In this document: positions 62,224-64,000 of the stretch, piece after piece
How the letters are laid out: the number at the start of each line of letters is the position of its first letter
How positions within the stretch are numbered: the stretch's first letter is position 1
Assembly (NCBI GenBank): GCA_937992175.1
Contig: CALKLF010000080.1
Coordinates: forward strand, 2,936 to 66,935
DNA from: an uncultured Fimbriimonadales bacterium
GTDB taxonomy: Bacteria; Armatimonadota; Fimbriimonadia; Fimbriimonadales; GBS-DC
Length of the DNA stretch: 64,000 bases
Direction of reading: 5' to 3'
Program-made: the position numbers and the translations under genes
The notes under the pieces: generated by a model
What the model was told of the DNA's origin: nothing
The model's database searches: none
Seen by the model: the letters and a program-made list of their open reading frames with translations, nothing else

Positions 62224-62763
62224 TCAGCTTGTAAAACACCCCGCGCCGAGTCCCGATTCGCTCCAGCCTGTTCTGCTCGACGAGCATTCTAAAGCGTCCA
62301 TGCCAAGTTGCGCGATTGTATTCGCTGTGAAATCGACCAGCCCCATCGAATGAAGCTTTTGGATGCGCAACGAACCTGTAAGTGGCTTGCATTCACGCCC
62401 CACTCTAATTTTTGCACTGCCATCTGTTGTCGTATGGATGCCTATGCCTTGCGGGATGTGTACCAGTAATAGAGTCAAACCATACGCTTCAACATTAATT
62501 TTAGCATCTGTGCTTTCATAAATACGAGAGCGCATTTCTGATATGTTGTAGGAGCCACATCCCGTACTGTCGCGAATCCCCAGCACGAGAGTACCCCCCA
62601 TGTGGTTAGCAAAGCAAACAGCATACTCCGCAAGCATCTTTTAAAGACGATGCGCGTTGCGTATCCACTCCTTGAATTCATGCGTCTCGCTTTCCAGCAA
62701 CTGGGCTTTGGTCGAACCCAGTTGCCCAATTAGATTTAGAATCTGTTCCTTGCTGTGGCGCAT
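62224..62763 (-). pseudogene. AlbA_2/Schlafen-domain protein remnant
   Basis: ESETHEFKE..(TAA at 62643-62641)..AVCFANHMGGTLVLGIRD; AT-rich; C-terminal domains missing. Confidence 0.8.
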
Positions 62764-62805
62764 ACGATCTATGATACCCCTCACTAACTTGCGGCTCCCT
62801 CCACC

Positions 62806-63777
62806 CTACTGGGAGGTTATCCGCTCCAACACCGCGTGCGCGTTTGCCACTGCCATGCGCCCGTCGTAGCCGTCGAATGGCAGCGGTTCGTGATGCAGGA
62901 TTGCCCGCACAAAGCTGCGCAGCTCCCACATGTAGGGTTCGGGCGTGCCAATCTCTTCAGGGGTCAGGTTCACCTCTTGCCCTTCAAAGCGTTTGTAGCG
63001 AATCGCGCCGCTGAAGCCCGTATGTTCCAGCGTTCCTTCCGTCCCGACGACGCGCACGGTGTAGCCACCCAGTGGGTCGATGATGCTACACTCGATGTCG
63101 CCGATAACGCCGTTTTCGAAGCGCAGCAAGGCGTGCCAGTGCTGGATGAAGTTCGGTTCAGCGAAGGGTTGCCTGCCCTGCGCGGCGAGGACTTCGAACT
63201 CGCCGAACAGCCAGCGCAGGTAGTCGAGTTCGTGCACATTCATCTCCAGCAATACGCCGCCGCTGAGCGCAGGGTCGGCGCGCCAGCCTTCCCTAAACAG
63301 GTTCAGCTCATACCCGCGCCGTTGCAGATGCACCGCTACAGGCTCGCCAATCACACCTTCCTGCAGCCACTGCTTCGACTGCCAGAACAGGGGGAACAGG
63401 CGCAACACCTGCCCGACCATCAGCACGCGCCCTGCCTGTTGCGCCGCCTGCAGCAGCGCGTCGCAGTGATCCACGGTGAGCGCGAGGGGCTTCTCGCAAA
63501 ACAGGTGTTTCCCCCTCTGCAGGATCTGCATGCCGAGTTCGTAATGTGTGTAGGGCGGCGTGGCGAGGATACAGGCGTCAATAGCGGGGTCCTGCAGGAG
63601 GGCTTCCAGGCTCTCGTAAGCAGGAACCTCTAGCTCCGTCGCGGCGCGTTGCGCAAGTTCCGCGTCGGCGTCGTACACACCCACCAGTTTCGCCTCGCTC
63701 AGGGGGCGCAGCTGCCACGCCAGATGACGCCCGATGCCCCCTGCGCCTATCAGTCCAATCCTTAACTGCGCGTGCAT
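62806..63777 (-). CDS. Gfo/Idh/MocA family oxidoreductase
   Basis: IGLIGAGGIG, CEKPLA, SGGVLLEMNVHELD. Confidence 0.92.
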   Translation of the reverse strand: MHAQLRIGLIGAGGIGRHLAWQLRPLSEAKLVGVYDADAELAQRAATELEVPAYESLEALLQDPAIDACILATPPYTHYELGMQILQRGKHLFCEKPLALTVDHCDALLQAAQQAGRVLMVGQVLRLFPLFWQSKQWLQEGVIGEPVAVHLQRRGYELNLFREGWRADPALSGGVLLEMNVHELDYLRWLFGEFEVLAAQGRQPFAEPNFIQHWHALLRFENGVIGDIECSIIDPLGGYTVRVVGTEGTLEHTGFSGAIRYKRFEGQEVNLTPEEIGTPEPYMWELRSFVRAILHHEPLPFDGYDGRMAVANAHAVLERITSQ

Positions 63778-63905
63778 GAGCGCACCTCAGTATACCTGAA
63801 GCAACGAAACCTGTCATTTCTCCTGAGCGCATAGCCGCCGCCGCGTGGAAAATCCGATTGGGGGAGTTCACATCCTCAATCAATCGACAGACGGGAGGTT
63901 AATCG

Positions 63906-64000
63906 ATGCGATACAAGGCACTGGGCGCCGCGGCGGCGCTGATACTGACAAGTGTGGCTTTGGCAGCGGTGATTGTAACGCGCGTGCAGGCGCGCGGCTA
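63906..64000 (+). CDS. Start of a secreted protein (runs off window end)
   Basis: GGGAGG RBS; MRYKALGAAAALILTSVALA signal peptide. Confidence 0.65.
   Translation, partial: MRYKALGAAAALILTSVALAAVIVTRVQARG

Overview
High-GC bacterial chromosomal segment. It is most likely Armatimonadota (Fimbriimonadales-like), inferred from several secreted proteins ending in a paired 'GDVxGDxxVDDADLLxVLFNFG' module. Housekeeping genes include the rng C-terminus, ispH, recG, acs, queD-like, queA, purB, coaX, metX/metY, speD, mazG, prsA-like and tRNA-Ser(GGA). There is also a short surface-glycan locus (WbpB-WbpD fusion, WbpE-like, flippase, asparagine-synthase-like), capD/wzi, several pseudogenes and deletion remnants, and many palindromic repeats from several families, two of which lie in frame inside genes. 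The standout is a phage-derived DNA-packaging and head set at 48.3-53.2 kb. It consists of an intact large terminase plus a Mu-like protease/scaffold-decoration-major capsid operon, interleaved with ordinary host genes. The window shows no integrase, replication, portal, tail or lysis genes, so it is a candidate domesticated gene-transfer-agent-like or capsid system. The second notable feature is a consensus promoter followed by a ~300-nt highly structured, unrecognised RNA leader upstream of speD-metX. All calls come from reading sequence and motifs by eye; no database searches were run.
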